From Guillardia theta CCMP2712 (Eukaryota > Protista > Cryptophyta): 64,000 nt of DNA. The stretch spans positions 201,113-265,112 of the forward strand of contig NW_005434641.1 of NCBI RefSeq assembly GCF_000315625.1, given 5' to 3'. Positions 22,445-37,435 of this stretch are shown piece after piece; the first letter of the stretch is position 1, and every line of letters starts with the position of its first letter. The notes under the pieces were generated by a model. The model had not been told where the DNA came from. It did not search any database and was given only the letters and a program-made list of their open reading frames with translations. A program made the translations under genes and the position numbers.

Positions 22445-25400
22445 TTATTCCTCCCTCCCTGTATGCTGCTCAACAAAATCAGACCCATTCACCTTCCTCA
22501 ACCCTCCCCTTGTCCCTCTATCCTGCTCCCACCCTCTCCATCCCCCTCGTCTGCTCTCTCACGCCCTCCGGGTCTCGCTGTTCTCCCTCTCCTCCTCGCT
22601 CCCAACCTGAGGTTGTCCATGTTTGCAAGCTCCGCGGCAGGGTTCTGCAAGCGCCATCGTCAGATCCGCCTCATTGCTCTCCACCTCTCACCGAGCAAGC
22701 TTGGTTGTCCCACATCTCCAGGCTCGCTCCAGTGCACTGACAGCAAGAATCACCCAATGGTAGTAGGAGGAGGAGCAGGTCAAGGAAACAAAGGGAGAGG
22801 GGTAGATCACATGCATAGAGGAGAAAACTCCGTCACGAATGTCAGTAAAGCTGCAGTTGGTGATGATCGCTTTCGAATCTAGCAAGCAATCAGTGAAGGA
22901 TGGAAGTTTGTCGCTCCTCACCGTCTGAGAGGAAGACCCCTCTCTCCATACTGCTCACATTTGTCTTGTCCATTGTAACTGCCGCCTGTTGCAGCAGAGA
23001 TAGACCCGTTCCTGCCGATAGCATAAAGTTCAATCTTCTTTCCTGCCTCCCGCTCCCTCACTCCTCCTCCTCCTCCTCTGCCTCGTGCTGCTCCCTCCTC
23101 TCTCTCCAGCTCGTTTTGTCTCGCCTGACTCTGCCCTCTCATTGCCAGCATCCTTTCCAACCCGCCATCCCTCCCCTCTGCATCACCCTCTACCCCCTTT
23201 CCCTTCCTACCTCGGCTCTCGCTGCTTTTGTTCTCTGCCTCCACTCCTCCCTCACGGCCACTCACCGTAGCCGTAGAAGATGCTGCCATGGATGTCCTTC
23301 CTGGCATGCCGCAGTTCGCACATCCTGAACGTCGCGTTGGATTGCTCAAGCATGGCGACACAGTCTGCCCCCTATGGTCAGTCCTTGCCATCCCCGTTCC
23401 CTCCTCTTCTCCCTCCTGTTTTCTCTGCTCTGCTCTACTTCGCCCCTCGTCTCTACCCCTATCTCTGCTCTTCCTCCTCTCCGTCCTCCACCTGTAGCAG
23501 TTTCATGCTCGTCGACCCCTCCGACCATCGTGTTGGAGCAGGACATGACCCCTTCTGCCCGCAGGACAAGCGCACATCCTCCAGAGCAGACCACCTTGCA
23601 CCGCTGCAAGCAAGTGAGACAAAGAAAATGACGGAATTAAAGGAGGCGGGGGCAAGGAGGGAGGAGAGGGGGGGAAGAAGGAGGGAGAAAGCGAGGTAGA
23701 AGGGAGCGAAAGCGAGGTAGAAGGGAGCGCGAGGGGAAGATTCAAAAGGAAGAGGAAGGGGAATGACCAAGAAGAGGGAAGGAGAATGGAGGAGAGAGAG
23801 AGGGGGGATCTAACATCCATATTCCAGGGCCCGGCCAGGAAAACCATCGTTGATTCTTGCAAATTGTCGGCGCTCCTCTTGAGATTGCACTTCATAAACA
23901 GCCCTGGGGAGAGACGAGGAGAACAACATCAGAAGAGGGAGAAATCAAGAAAGGAAAGGAACAGACAAAGAGAAGAGAAGGGAAAACAAGGAGACACGAG
24001 GGGCAGCAGCACAAGGAGAGGAAGATGAAACGATGGAAAGGGGGAGGTAGAGGACCCGTTACTCGAGCTCCCATGATCCATCGTCCAATCACAAAGTCTG
24101 CCGTTGGAATGAGACAAGGGTATCAGAGAACAACTCCTCCTCACCTGTCTCATCCTGCTTGCTGCTCACAAGCACTCGTCGAGTAGCGTCCGCCGCCTCC
24201 ACCTCATCCTCCCTGGCCAACTTCATTCGTTCCAATTCACCCACGGCTCCCAAGCCGATCACGCCGGTCACTTCGTGCTCGCCCTCTGAGGGCATTGGGA
24301 GTCAGAACGGGAGGGAGAGGGAGGGAGGCAGGGAGGGACAGCGGTGTGAAGCAGGGAGGAGGAGTGAAGTGTGCGGTAGAGAGACACCGAAGAGAGGACG
24401 AGGAGAGGAAGAACAACTTGGAGGGTGTTGACCAAGGGAAGGAGGGCGGAAAGGGGGAGATTATGTCATAGACAGTGAGGAGGGAGGGTACGATGAAACC
24501 TTCAAGAATGACCTCCCCGCCGTCTTCCACCAGCTGGAGGGCGGCGTTGAGCGATGCAGTCTGCATGCAGTCAGAGACAAGTGCGGGGTTCTTATTCGCT
24601 CCGCACTTCACTGGGGAAGGAAATCTGATTGTAGTGCTTGGCAATCGGCAGTCGATAAGCTGAAGAAGTTGTCATAATCGTAGGAGTTTGAGTAGAAGGG
24701 GAGGAATGGAGGTTAAACGAGACAGAAGAAGACAGTGAGGAGAGGATGGAGAAGGAGAGGAGATGTTCGAGCAGGAGGCGGTTGAAGAGGAGCGGAGATG
24801 AGAAGTCAGGAGATGAGGACGGGGAGGATGGGAAAGACCATCTTTCACGAAGAGATGAGGATGAAGATTTTCATCAGACACGAGGATTTGTCCCAGCTGA
24901 GTAATCAATCAAAACTCTTCACCCCCCTCCTCTCCTCCCCTCACATCGTTGTAATCAGCCTGAAACGTGGCGAGCTCGTCGGAGTGCTGCGGAGTGCCAT
25001 GAGCAACGTACAAGGGCCGCTCGTCCCCTTCCCTCACCTTGAAAACCTGGCTCAGGTAGTAGGACTGATTGACTTTCTTGCCCTGAGCATTCACTTCGAG
25101 CAGGAGCTCGTCGATGAAATACTGACACGAGTGAATCAGGTTCCTCCTCCCTCCCTCATCCTCCTCACCTGCAGCTTGTGGGACTTCAACTCGTACGTCT
25201 CATCAAGACTCTTGACGTAGTCCGTGCTGGGGATGAACTTCTTGATAGGAAGAACTGCCAATTATCTCAGCACCCTCAACTCACCATGTCAGCTCTCACC
25301 AACACCGGTTTCTTCTTCACTTTCGCCTCTATTCGTTGCTTTCGTCTCATTGAAATCTGGGGAGAAATTACAACCAAAACAATGAAGCCAAGGATCGCAG

Positions 25401-26210
25401 ACTTGAAAGGCTGGTCTCAGTGCCGGTGGCAACGCCCTCTGCTGCTGCTGCCTCTGCTGCTGCTGCCTCTGCTGCTGCTGCCTCTGCTGCAGGTCCGGCT
25501 GCAGCTGATCCTGAAGCTGGAGCAGGAGTTTCAGCAGCTTGAGCGCTTGGCTTATCATCCTCCACTTTCGCTGCAGGCATCCTTCCTGATGAGGTCTTTC
25601 CTTCCAACTTTGTTTCAGAGATTTTTCTAGTGATTTGCTGCATGTCGGAGTCATCAGAGTCGCTATCATACTTCTTTGCATCCTTCGCTGCTGCCTTAGC
25701 GCCCAGTCTATCGGCCCGTCCCTTCATCCCCATTATTTGTTTGCCTTCGTCTTTCTTCGTGCTCGACGGTTCCTGCTGTGCCTGTGCCTTTGCTCGAGCT
25801 GCTCGAGCTGCTCGAACGGCCTGCAGAGGATCGAGATCGGCCGGGTTCGTTGCGTCCTCACCCCCCCCCCGGATCCGCAAGGTGGACGTAGGAGCCAGCT
25901 CGACGGACCCGCCACTCGACATTTCGGCTCTGAAACTTCTCAGGCACATTCTCAGGGGCGGGTGGGAAGAGGCGCTCACGGAAACAGGCATGAGATCGGC
26001 GGCAGACAAAAAGATGACCAAGACGACGAGGGCGGGAGACGCTAGGGAAGCGAAGGAAGAGGAAGGGCTAAGACGGGAAGAGCCTTGCCATCGGCATGCT
26101 CTTCTACCCTTGAAATCTTTAGATTCAATACGTGGATCCTTCCTTGACCCCTCTCCTCCTCCTCCTCCTCCTCCTCCTCCCGCCATTGCCCGGCCAAAAA
26201 CGCGTGCCAT
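22445..26210 (-). CDS. Multi-exon hypothetical protein with signal-like segment, LRIRGG motif and possible beta-helix region
   Basis: ORF 25368..26336 (hydrophobic ALVVLVIFLSAA, LRIRGG, AEAAA repeats), followed by exons such as SLNAALQLVEDGGEVILE, CKVVCSGGCALVLRAEG and DCVAMLEQSNATFRMCELR, between purine/pyrimidine-rich introns. Confidence 0.5.
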
Positions 26211-26801
26211 GCAAAGCGGCCACCTTCGGATACGCGGGGTAAAATCGCGGATACTCCCGGATACTCTCTGAGGGGTTCCTTGGTTGTTCCTGGGCGGGCT
26301 CTGTTCCACTTGGGTCTGAGGGGAGATGAGGTCCACTTTGAAATCCCCGAAGAGCCATCCTATCAGGGCGATCGATCCAACTGACAGTTTTTAGTTAAAT
26401 ATTTCTACTCAAAATGTGTAGGGGTGGGGGGTAGTCCAATAGGCAATATGATGTAGTGTGCCTAATTTGATATGTCCAGAACTAGGAAATGTGTTGGGTA
26501 GGAGGATGTAGGTATGTTATATGCTGAACGATGCTGGGTACGACGAGGAACATGTTCTGACCGCACAGGATCTTCTTTCTATTTCTATATTTTTCAACAG
26601 AATAGTGTAAATATTCAAAACCTCTTCATATTTCAAGATTGAAGTTTTCTTTTGATCAGATGAAATTCAAAATCAACATGACTCCAGAACCCCGGTGATA
26701 AAATTCGATGTCAATTTATCACCCCTACTTTGTAGGCTGAAGAATTGGCATAGGACGGGTACTCTCGGTTCTCACTCGGCATTCTCTCAACAGGCAGCAC
26801 C

Positions 26802-28289
26802 ATGATGGCCGAGCGTCGATGGCAGGCAGCTGCGGCAGCGAGTGGCATCGCAGGTATGGCGATAGAGTGTATCACGTGCTTAAGATTATCAGCCCTTGCG
26901 TCAAAATGCTTGTCTGGTTGCACCCTTGAATGCCTCTCGGTCCTTGAACTTTTCTTGCTCATTGCTGCTTCTGCCTTGTGATTTTGGAACATCTCTTCCA
27001 CTTACGTGTTCGGGAGACGAATGGTGTATGATGATGGTTGTTGGTTTTGATGAGACCTCCACCTGTCTTAGACGCCTGTCTGTGCATGTGGATGTTGTAA
27101 GCCGCTCCCTAACTTGCTCATTCCAGCTGTGCTGGTGCTGATAGCTGTCGCCTATACTACAAGGCACACCACCAGTGCTCTCCTGTCTCGCAACAGCATC
27201 CTGGAGCGAGCTGAAGAGCGTGTTGTCCGAGACAAGGCACGAGTCGCAAGGGACATGAACACTCTACAGCGCATCATGCAGCAGAAGCACATGCCCAGAT
27301 ACAGGCAGGCGCAGCTTAGAGCGGCCGCCTTCTCCAACAGGTTCCCGCAGCTCTCCGGCCGCGGCGGGCTCGCCCTGGAACACCCTGACATGGAGTTCAC
27401 CCGCACGCCCCGAGTACAGCGGCGTGAAGGAGAGCCTCCCTTCCGCTATGGCCCCAACAAGAGGTGAGCTATAGTCCAGCTGACGAGTCTGTTAAGACCC
27501 GGTGTCTCGTCTGTTGTGCCGCTCCCCTGTGCCGGGTGTTGGCTCGAAGATGCCGTTGACGAACTTGCAGGTACTGCCCTGGTGGCAACTGCGAAAACTT
27601 GGACAATGCGAATGTTGTCAGCGACCGCTGGCCGACTGACATCTACAGCTCTGTCCCTTGGATGGGCTTCGACCCGGTAGGAGAACCCTCCCTTGGCTGG
27701 TCCGGTGATTTGTTCATGCGTTGTGCTGCAGGATGCCAGCCCGGAGAGGAATCGCGCGATCAACCAGAGGGAAGGCGAGTTCGCCAAGGAGCTCAGACCT
27801 GACACTTATCATCCTCCTGTGGAGTGGGGAATCGGAGGTCTTGAGGGCAAGGGGACTGTGTACAAGGAGGACAGGGGATATGAGAACATGAAGAAGGCAG
27901 GAATCAGCTATGATGAGTGGCCAGCAGACATCTATAGAGGATTTCCCTACCCGGGCTGGGACAGGACGCAGTTCGATCATGAGTCAAGGCAGCCCCGCAT
28001 GCCCCACCGCGATCCTCTCAAGGTGGCCGAGGAGACTCAGCAGTCCAACGCTCCTCTGCAGAATGCGGGCGTCAAGGTCAACAGACTGCCCACTGACACT
28101 ACCGATCGCGTCTACAACCAGGTGGATGGCATGCTCGATCAGCTAGTTCCTGTTGAGGACACCCCGAGATGGCGCGAGAAGGGCATTGCGTCGCAGGAGA
28201 AACCCTCGCATTTCCTCCTCAACGATGACACGGACTTGACGGCTCCTCAACCCAAACCTGATCATGATCTTGGGTTTGAAGTAGCATGA
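26802..28289 (+). CDS. Multi-exon hypothetical membrane-anchored or secreted protein with internal repeats
   Basis: MMAERRWQAAAAASGIA/AVLVLIAVAYTT signal anchor. Three repeats of N/K-A-x-V/I...(W/L)P(T/A)D. Confidence 0.6.
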
Positions 28290-28446
28290 GCATGGATGGG
28301 TGACCGGCCAAACGTTCACTTTTGGCATCATGTTGTTCTTTTATCAACATTTCAATCTTTCGAACCTTCGATAGTCGTTTTCTGCTTTTTAGTGCACAGT
28401 TTCACAGTACAAACAATACAAAGGATGTCTTCTGGACCGCTCTCTA

Positions 28447-29867
28447 TCAATTTCGCTCCTCCAACACCGGAGCCTTTGCACTGACACTAACAGCATCGCC
28501 GACTACGTTCAACCACGAGTCTATGAGGGAATCGCTTCCGTACCACGTCGATCGGATTTCATACTCGGGCATTCGAGGAGAGCTGATCGAGTGATAGCAT
28601 TTCAAGTCCACCTGCGTCGAACCCTGCCAAGACGATCACTCGCATTTCCCACCACCTTCCTCCCCATCTCTCCATCCCACCTCCAGGTGTGAACTCTGCA
28701 GGGGCACAACTCCATCCCCTAGCACAGACCCTTCTCCGCACACAAGGCGGTAAGATTCATAGGCCGATCTCCCCTGCGCCAGTAAGTATTAAGTTGGTGC
28801 AGCGATTGATCAGCGATCATGACGATGGTGGCTCACCAAACTCCCTCTGGCTCCTTCCTTGTCCCCCGGGATAAGGTCGCTTCCTACCGTCACGTATGGA
28901 ACTCTCGGGGCCAAAAAGGCGCCGGGCAGGTTCTCATGCGTCCATGTCAAGGCTGTCATGATGGTGAGGTCGAGCAAGGGGGGAGGGGGAGGAGCGTCAG
29001 ACCTCCTCGGGTCATGTCCATAATGTCCTTCGCGTTGCTGGAGGGTGGAGAGTGCGGGGTTCCAAGAGAAACGAAACTAAGGAAGAAGAATCAAAACCTG
29101 GAGTGAACAGCACGGGACGACAAAACCAGCTGATCATGTCTACTATCCTCGTCTTCGTATCCTCATCCCTCCACGTTCCATCTCCGAGAACTGCTCTCCC
29201 AAGCCATCCTCCTGCTCAAAGTTTTGACCAAGGCAATAAGACAGTTGTTGGCTCACCAGCGCTATGGCCGATGACTACCACTGGAGTCTTGTTTGAAGCC
29301 TCGTAGGCGCGACTGATTTCTCTTCTCGCCATGTTCACATACCAACCATAGCCGGGCTCGTAGGGAGAGCTCTTGCCGAGCCAGAAGGACAGGGTGAAGA
29401 TCCCCCACAAGACGTTCAGCCACTGGGCTCGCTTCAGAGGCATCACTTGCACTTGGTGCCCTCGCTTCTCCAGGGCGCACGTGATGCTCTGCTCGAACCC
29501 GCACCCGAAAGGATCGATGTAGTCTTCTTGCGCATTGCCGAACCCTGGCAGGATGACGACTCGATGAGAGGGCCTGCGGGGTGTGACTGAATGTGAGATC
29601 AGACGCGTGAGACGTACATGCACGCTCGGAGAGAGCTTGACGGAGAGCAACTCCTGGTGCCCGACACAGCAGGTCGTTGACAGACTCCGCGTCGCAGATC
29701 ATGAGCGGTGCGAAGTGCAGAAGAGATTCTGGGAAACAAGGAGTAAGGGGAGAAAGTATAGAGTCAGCAACAACGTACCTCGATGACTGGAAGCACAGCG
29801 CGATCGGAGCTTCGAAGGCCAAGATTGCTATCACAGTCAACGATCTATGGTAATCGGACGCCTTCAT
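28447..29867 (-). CDS. Alpha/beta hydrolase (PGAP1/lipase-like), probably plastid-targeted
   Basis: VVILPGFGN, VVVIGHSAG(G) nucleophile elbow, TPH, DMTRG, terminal WYGSDSLIDSWL...EERN*. Signal peptide ending ALC-F. Confidence 0.8.
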
Positions 29868-29962
29868 GTTGTTCTCACTGACATCAAATGTGCGTCAGAC
29901 TTGACCATGAACGCAAGGAGAGTTGTGAAGACAGACGCTGTTCTCTCATCTACCATCAGGAA

Positions 29963-30266
<304 letters not shown>

Positions 30267-30540
30267 CTCATCAGTCCCCTTGTATCCCTGGTCACACTAC
30301 CACCGAGTAATACACACTTTCAGTTTAAGCAGGGGGTATTGAATACCGGTACTATTTAGGTAAATAGTTAGGAATAATGTATGGTAGGGTTATCACTGGT
30401 AGATCCTGAATGGGGTTGGGGGTAGTATGGTTGTAATCATCAAACGATGCGACAAATGAAAGGATGCGACGGAGTGGGAAGCGTGTGGGAAGAAGGAAGA
30501 GGGAGGGGAGGCAGAGGCAGAGGGAGGGACAGAGGAAGAG

Positions 30541-30668
30541 GAGCAGGAGCAGGAGCCGAAGCAGGTGCAGGTGCAGGTGCAGGTGCAGGTGCAGGAGCAG
30601 GAGCAGGAGCAGGAGCAGGTGCAGGTGCAGGTGCAGGTGCAGGTGCAGGTGCAGGTGCAGGTGCAGGT

Positions 30669-30742
<74 letters not shown>
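30541..30742 (+). repeat. (GCAGGA/GCAGGT)n hexamer microsatellite, inverted relative to 29963-30266
   Basis: AGCAGG is the reverse complement of CCTGCT; mixed with GCAGGT blocks. Confidence 0.95.
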
Positions 30743-30938
30743 GGAAGGAGCGGGAGGAGGATACGAAGATTGGAGGGAGAGGAGATAGTCTTGTTGAGGA
30801 CAAGTAGATTGTGAGGGCATGACGACGGAGCAAAGAAGTACAAGAGAGTGGAGAGAGGAAAAGGTGAAGATTGCAAACAGAGGGAACAACACGAGGAAGG
30901 AATTTACCGAGGAGGGAGGAGACTTGCAAGTGAATCCC

Positions 30939-34779
<3,841 letters not shown>

Positions 34780-34843
34780 ACGGTCGTGCACCAGAGCCGC
34801 ATGATAGTGTTTGAGAGGTTCAAAGGCGTTAACTCTCCCATTC

Positions 34844-35457
34844 TCAACTGAATACATTCACAATCTCCTGCCAGTCGCTGAAGATCTCTGCTGTTTCCTG
34901 CGCTGTGTATCCTCCCTCCCTCCCCTCCACGTGGATCCCTTCCTCCCGCCGCAACTTCGCCAGCTCGTACTTGCGACTTAGCCGATCCATCAACCTCCTC
35001 TTCATATCCGCCGGCATCGGGTAGAAGGCGCACGGGACAATGTTGGAGATCGACACCTTGACCTTGCTAGTCAGCGATGCCATGATGCTCACCCATCACC
35101 TTCGTCTTGCTGCCATGCTCGCTGTACTTGATCTTCTTGCCCCAACCCACTAGCTTCACTATCTGCAACGAGGGCAGGTCAAACGACCATTATCAGCAGC
35201 ACACGACCGGTTGACAGCAAGCATACCGCCCATGGCGCATGTAGCATTGCAGATCGTGTGGGTAGTGGCCCGAGTTTGAGGAGGTCAAGTAAGGATTCGC
35301 AAACGTAAAAACCTCCGCCATGGCCAGCCTTTACTTCCTGGGACATCGCGCTCCCAACCCTGTACTCCGTCTTTCCGTCGAATATTGAGACATAACTACC
35401 TCGCTCATTCACAGCCACAAGTTTGAAATAATACTCCTCATCTGCCACATGGATCAT
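34844..35457 (-). CDS. Multi-exon hypothetical protein (5' end uncertain)
   Basis: Globular-looking exons YYFKLVAVNERGSYVSIFDGKTEYRVG...HGGGFYVCES, IVKLVGWG and ...EIVNVFS*, with intron-sized gaps. Confidence 0.55.
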
Positions 35458-35772
35458 ATGCTGCCATCGTCACGAACACCAGCAGCACATGTCTTTCCTG
35501 CAACAAACCATGGGCAGAGGAGACAAGGGAGGGGAGGATAAGGAGGAGGATGTGTGAAGCATCAGTCAGGGATCTGGAAACAAACAAGGAGATCAGGTGG
35601 ACAAGGGCTGGCGGAGAGGAGAGGATTGATGTCAGAGCCTCGCTTGCCCAGCAGCGTTCGCACCATTTTTCATTGGCCGTTGTGAATTTTGAAACCACGG
35701 ATATGGCAGACCACTGTGGAGAACCATTTTCTCTGCATTTTCTCCACAGTAAGTCTCCATCTTTCTCTGGCC

Positions 35773-37149
35773 ATGGTAGAAGGGAAAGTGCCGTTCAAGA
35801 GGAGGCGGTTGGAGCCCTCGGGCGATGGAGGAGAAGGAACCAGAGGGTATGAGTCAGCTGCTCCAGCACTTGCTGCTGTCTTGGGACAAGGAGGTGTAGG
35901 CGCAGCAGAAGCAGGAGCAACATTGCTGACAGCTGTGGGATTTTCAAATGCTACGGGAGGAGCTGGAACAGTGATGAGAACTTACATGGCAAGTGGATTA
36001 TCAGTTATGTCAGGATCAAGCGATGGAGGAAGCCGAGAAGACGAAGCAGCAGGTCCAAGGGTAGTAGATTCGCGTGAGGGAGCCGGAAGCAGGGCGGGAG
36101 CGGGAGAGGGAGCTGTAGCAGCAGCAGCAGCAGCAAGAGCGAAGGAAGGAGCAGGAATGGCAAATGCAAATGGATCAGAATCGAGCGGAAAGGAAACTGA
36201 AGTTTCAGGTGGGTCAGATTCCAGGGTTGCTTCAGAAGGTGGGACAGCCACGACAGGAGCTGGGGAACCAAACGGAGCGGCGGGGAATAACGCGACAGGA
36301 GAAACAACATCTGGACCGCGAGCTGGAGCAGCTGTAACGGCGGCAGCTACAAACAAGGCAAGAAAAGCCTGGCAGTGTCCACATGGGCGAAAGAAAGCGC
36401 TCTGCAAGGAATGTGGAGGCCACGGACTTTGCGAACATGATCGGCGGCGATCCATCTGCCGAGAATGCTGGGCAATGAGCTTGTGCGATCACAAGCTGCA
36501 AAGGTATCGATGTAAGAAGTGCTGGGCTCGAAGCATCTGCGATCACAAGTTGGAGCGAATACAATGTAAGGAATGCTGGGGGAAGAGCATATGCGAACAC
36601 GGGCAGCAGCGATCGATTTGTATGGTGTGCAAAGGAAAACGTTGCGAGCACGGGCGGCGGCGATCATCATGCAAAGACTGCAAGGGGGGCAGCATATGTG
36701 AACACAGTCGGCAACGAAGCATATGCAAAGAATGCAAGGGAAATGGGATCTGCGAGCATAACAGGCGACGGTCAACGTGTACGGAGTGCGGTGGACAGGC
36801 ATTGTGCCAGCACGGACGGAGACAATGGATATGTAAGGATTGCAAGGGGAAAGGGATCTGCCGACATGGTCAGCGTCGAACGCTTTGCAAGGAATGCGGG
36901 GGCAAGAGCCTCTGCGAACATGGACGACGTCGATCACTTTGCAGAGATTGCGGGGGAGGAAGCATTTGCGAACATGGACGGCGACGAACGACATGCAAGG
37001 AATGTGGGGGAGGGAGCATGTGCGCTCATGGAAGGCAGAGATCACATTGTAAGGAGTGCGGGGGAAGAGGCGTATGCGAGCATCAGCGACGACGATCGAG
37101 CTGCAAGTATTGCAAAGAGGCCAACACTTGCAAAGGTGGACAGCAGTAG
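35773..37149 (+). CDS. Tandem Cys/His repeat (CxH-x6-CxxC) putative zinc-binding protein, 14 repeats, intronless
   Basis: 14 ~18-aa units with consensus CEHGRRRSxCKECGGxSI, after a Gly/Ala/Ser-rich linker. KRRR near the N-terminus. Confidence 0.85.
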   Translation: MVEGKVPFKRRRLEPSGDGGEGTRGYESAAPALAAVLGQGGVGAAEAGATLLTAVGFSNATGGAGTVMRTYMASGLSVMSGSSDGGSREDEAAGPRVVDSREGAGSRAGAGEGAVAAAAAARAKEGAGMANANGSESSGKETEVSGGSDSRVASEGGTATTGAGEPNGAAGNNATGETTSGPRAGAAVTAAATNKARKAWQCPHGRKKALCKECGGHGLCEHDRRRSICRECWAMSLCDHKLQRYRCKKCWARSICDHKLERIQCKECWGKSICEHGQQRSICMVCKGKRCEHGRRRSSCKDCKGGSICEHSRQRSICKECKGNGICEHNRRRSTCTECGGQALCQHGRRQWICKDCKGKGICRHGQRRTLCKECGGKSLCEHGRRRSLCRDCGGGSICEHGRRRTTCKECGGGSMCAHGRQRSHCKECGGRGVCEHQRRRSSCKYCKEANTCKGGQQ

Positions 37150-37435
37150 GAAAGGTACTAGTCATCTAAGTTGCCCCCAACAGTGGCAGCAGTGACAAGC
37201 GGTCCGCCAACTGCGATGTGGGAAGCGCTTTTGCATGAAGGATGGGAGAACTGAGCTACTTGGTAGGCAGGAACAATCAGGTTCAAGATGTTGTTTGTAA
37301 TAAAAAATTTGAAAATTTGAAAAGCTCCGCGCAGCCTGGCAGCCGCCGGGCCGGGCCCACCGGGCTGGTCTGAGTGCAATTGGTCAAAAAAAAACGTCAG
37401 GTGCAATTTCAAGCATCAACGGCTCAAGTGCAGAA

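Noticed and set aside
36347-37165. 272-aa antisense ORF over the Cys/His repeat gene
   Set aside because: Shadow of the repetitive sense-strand codons.
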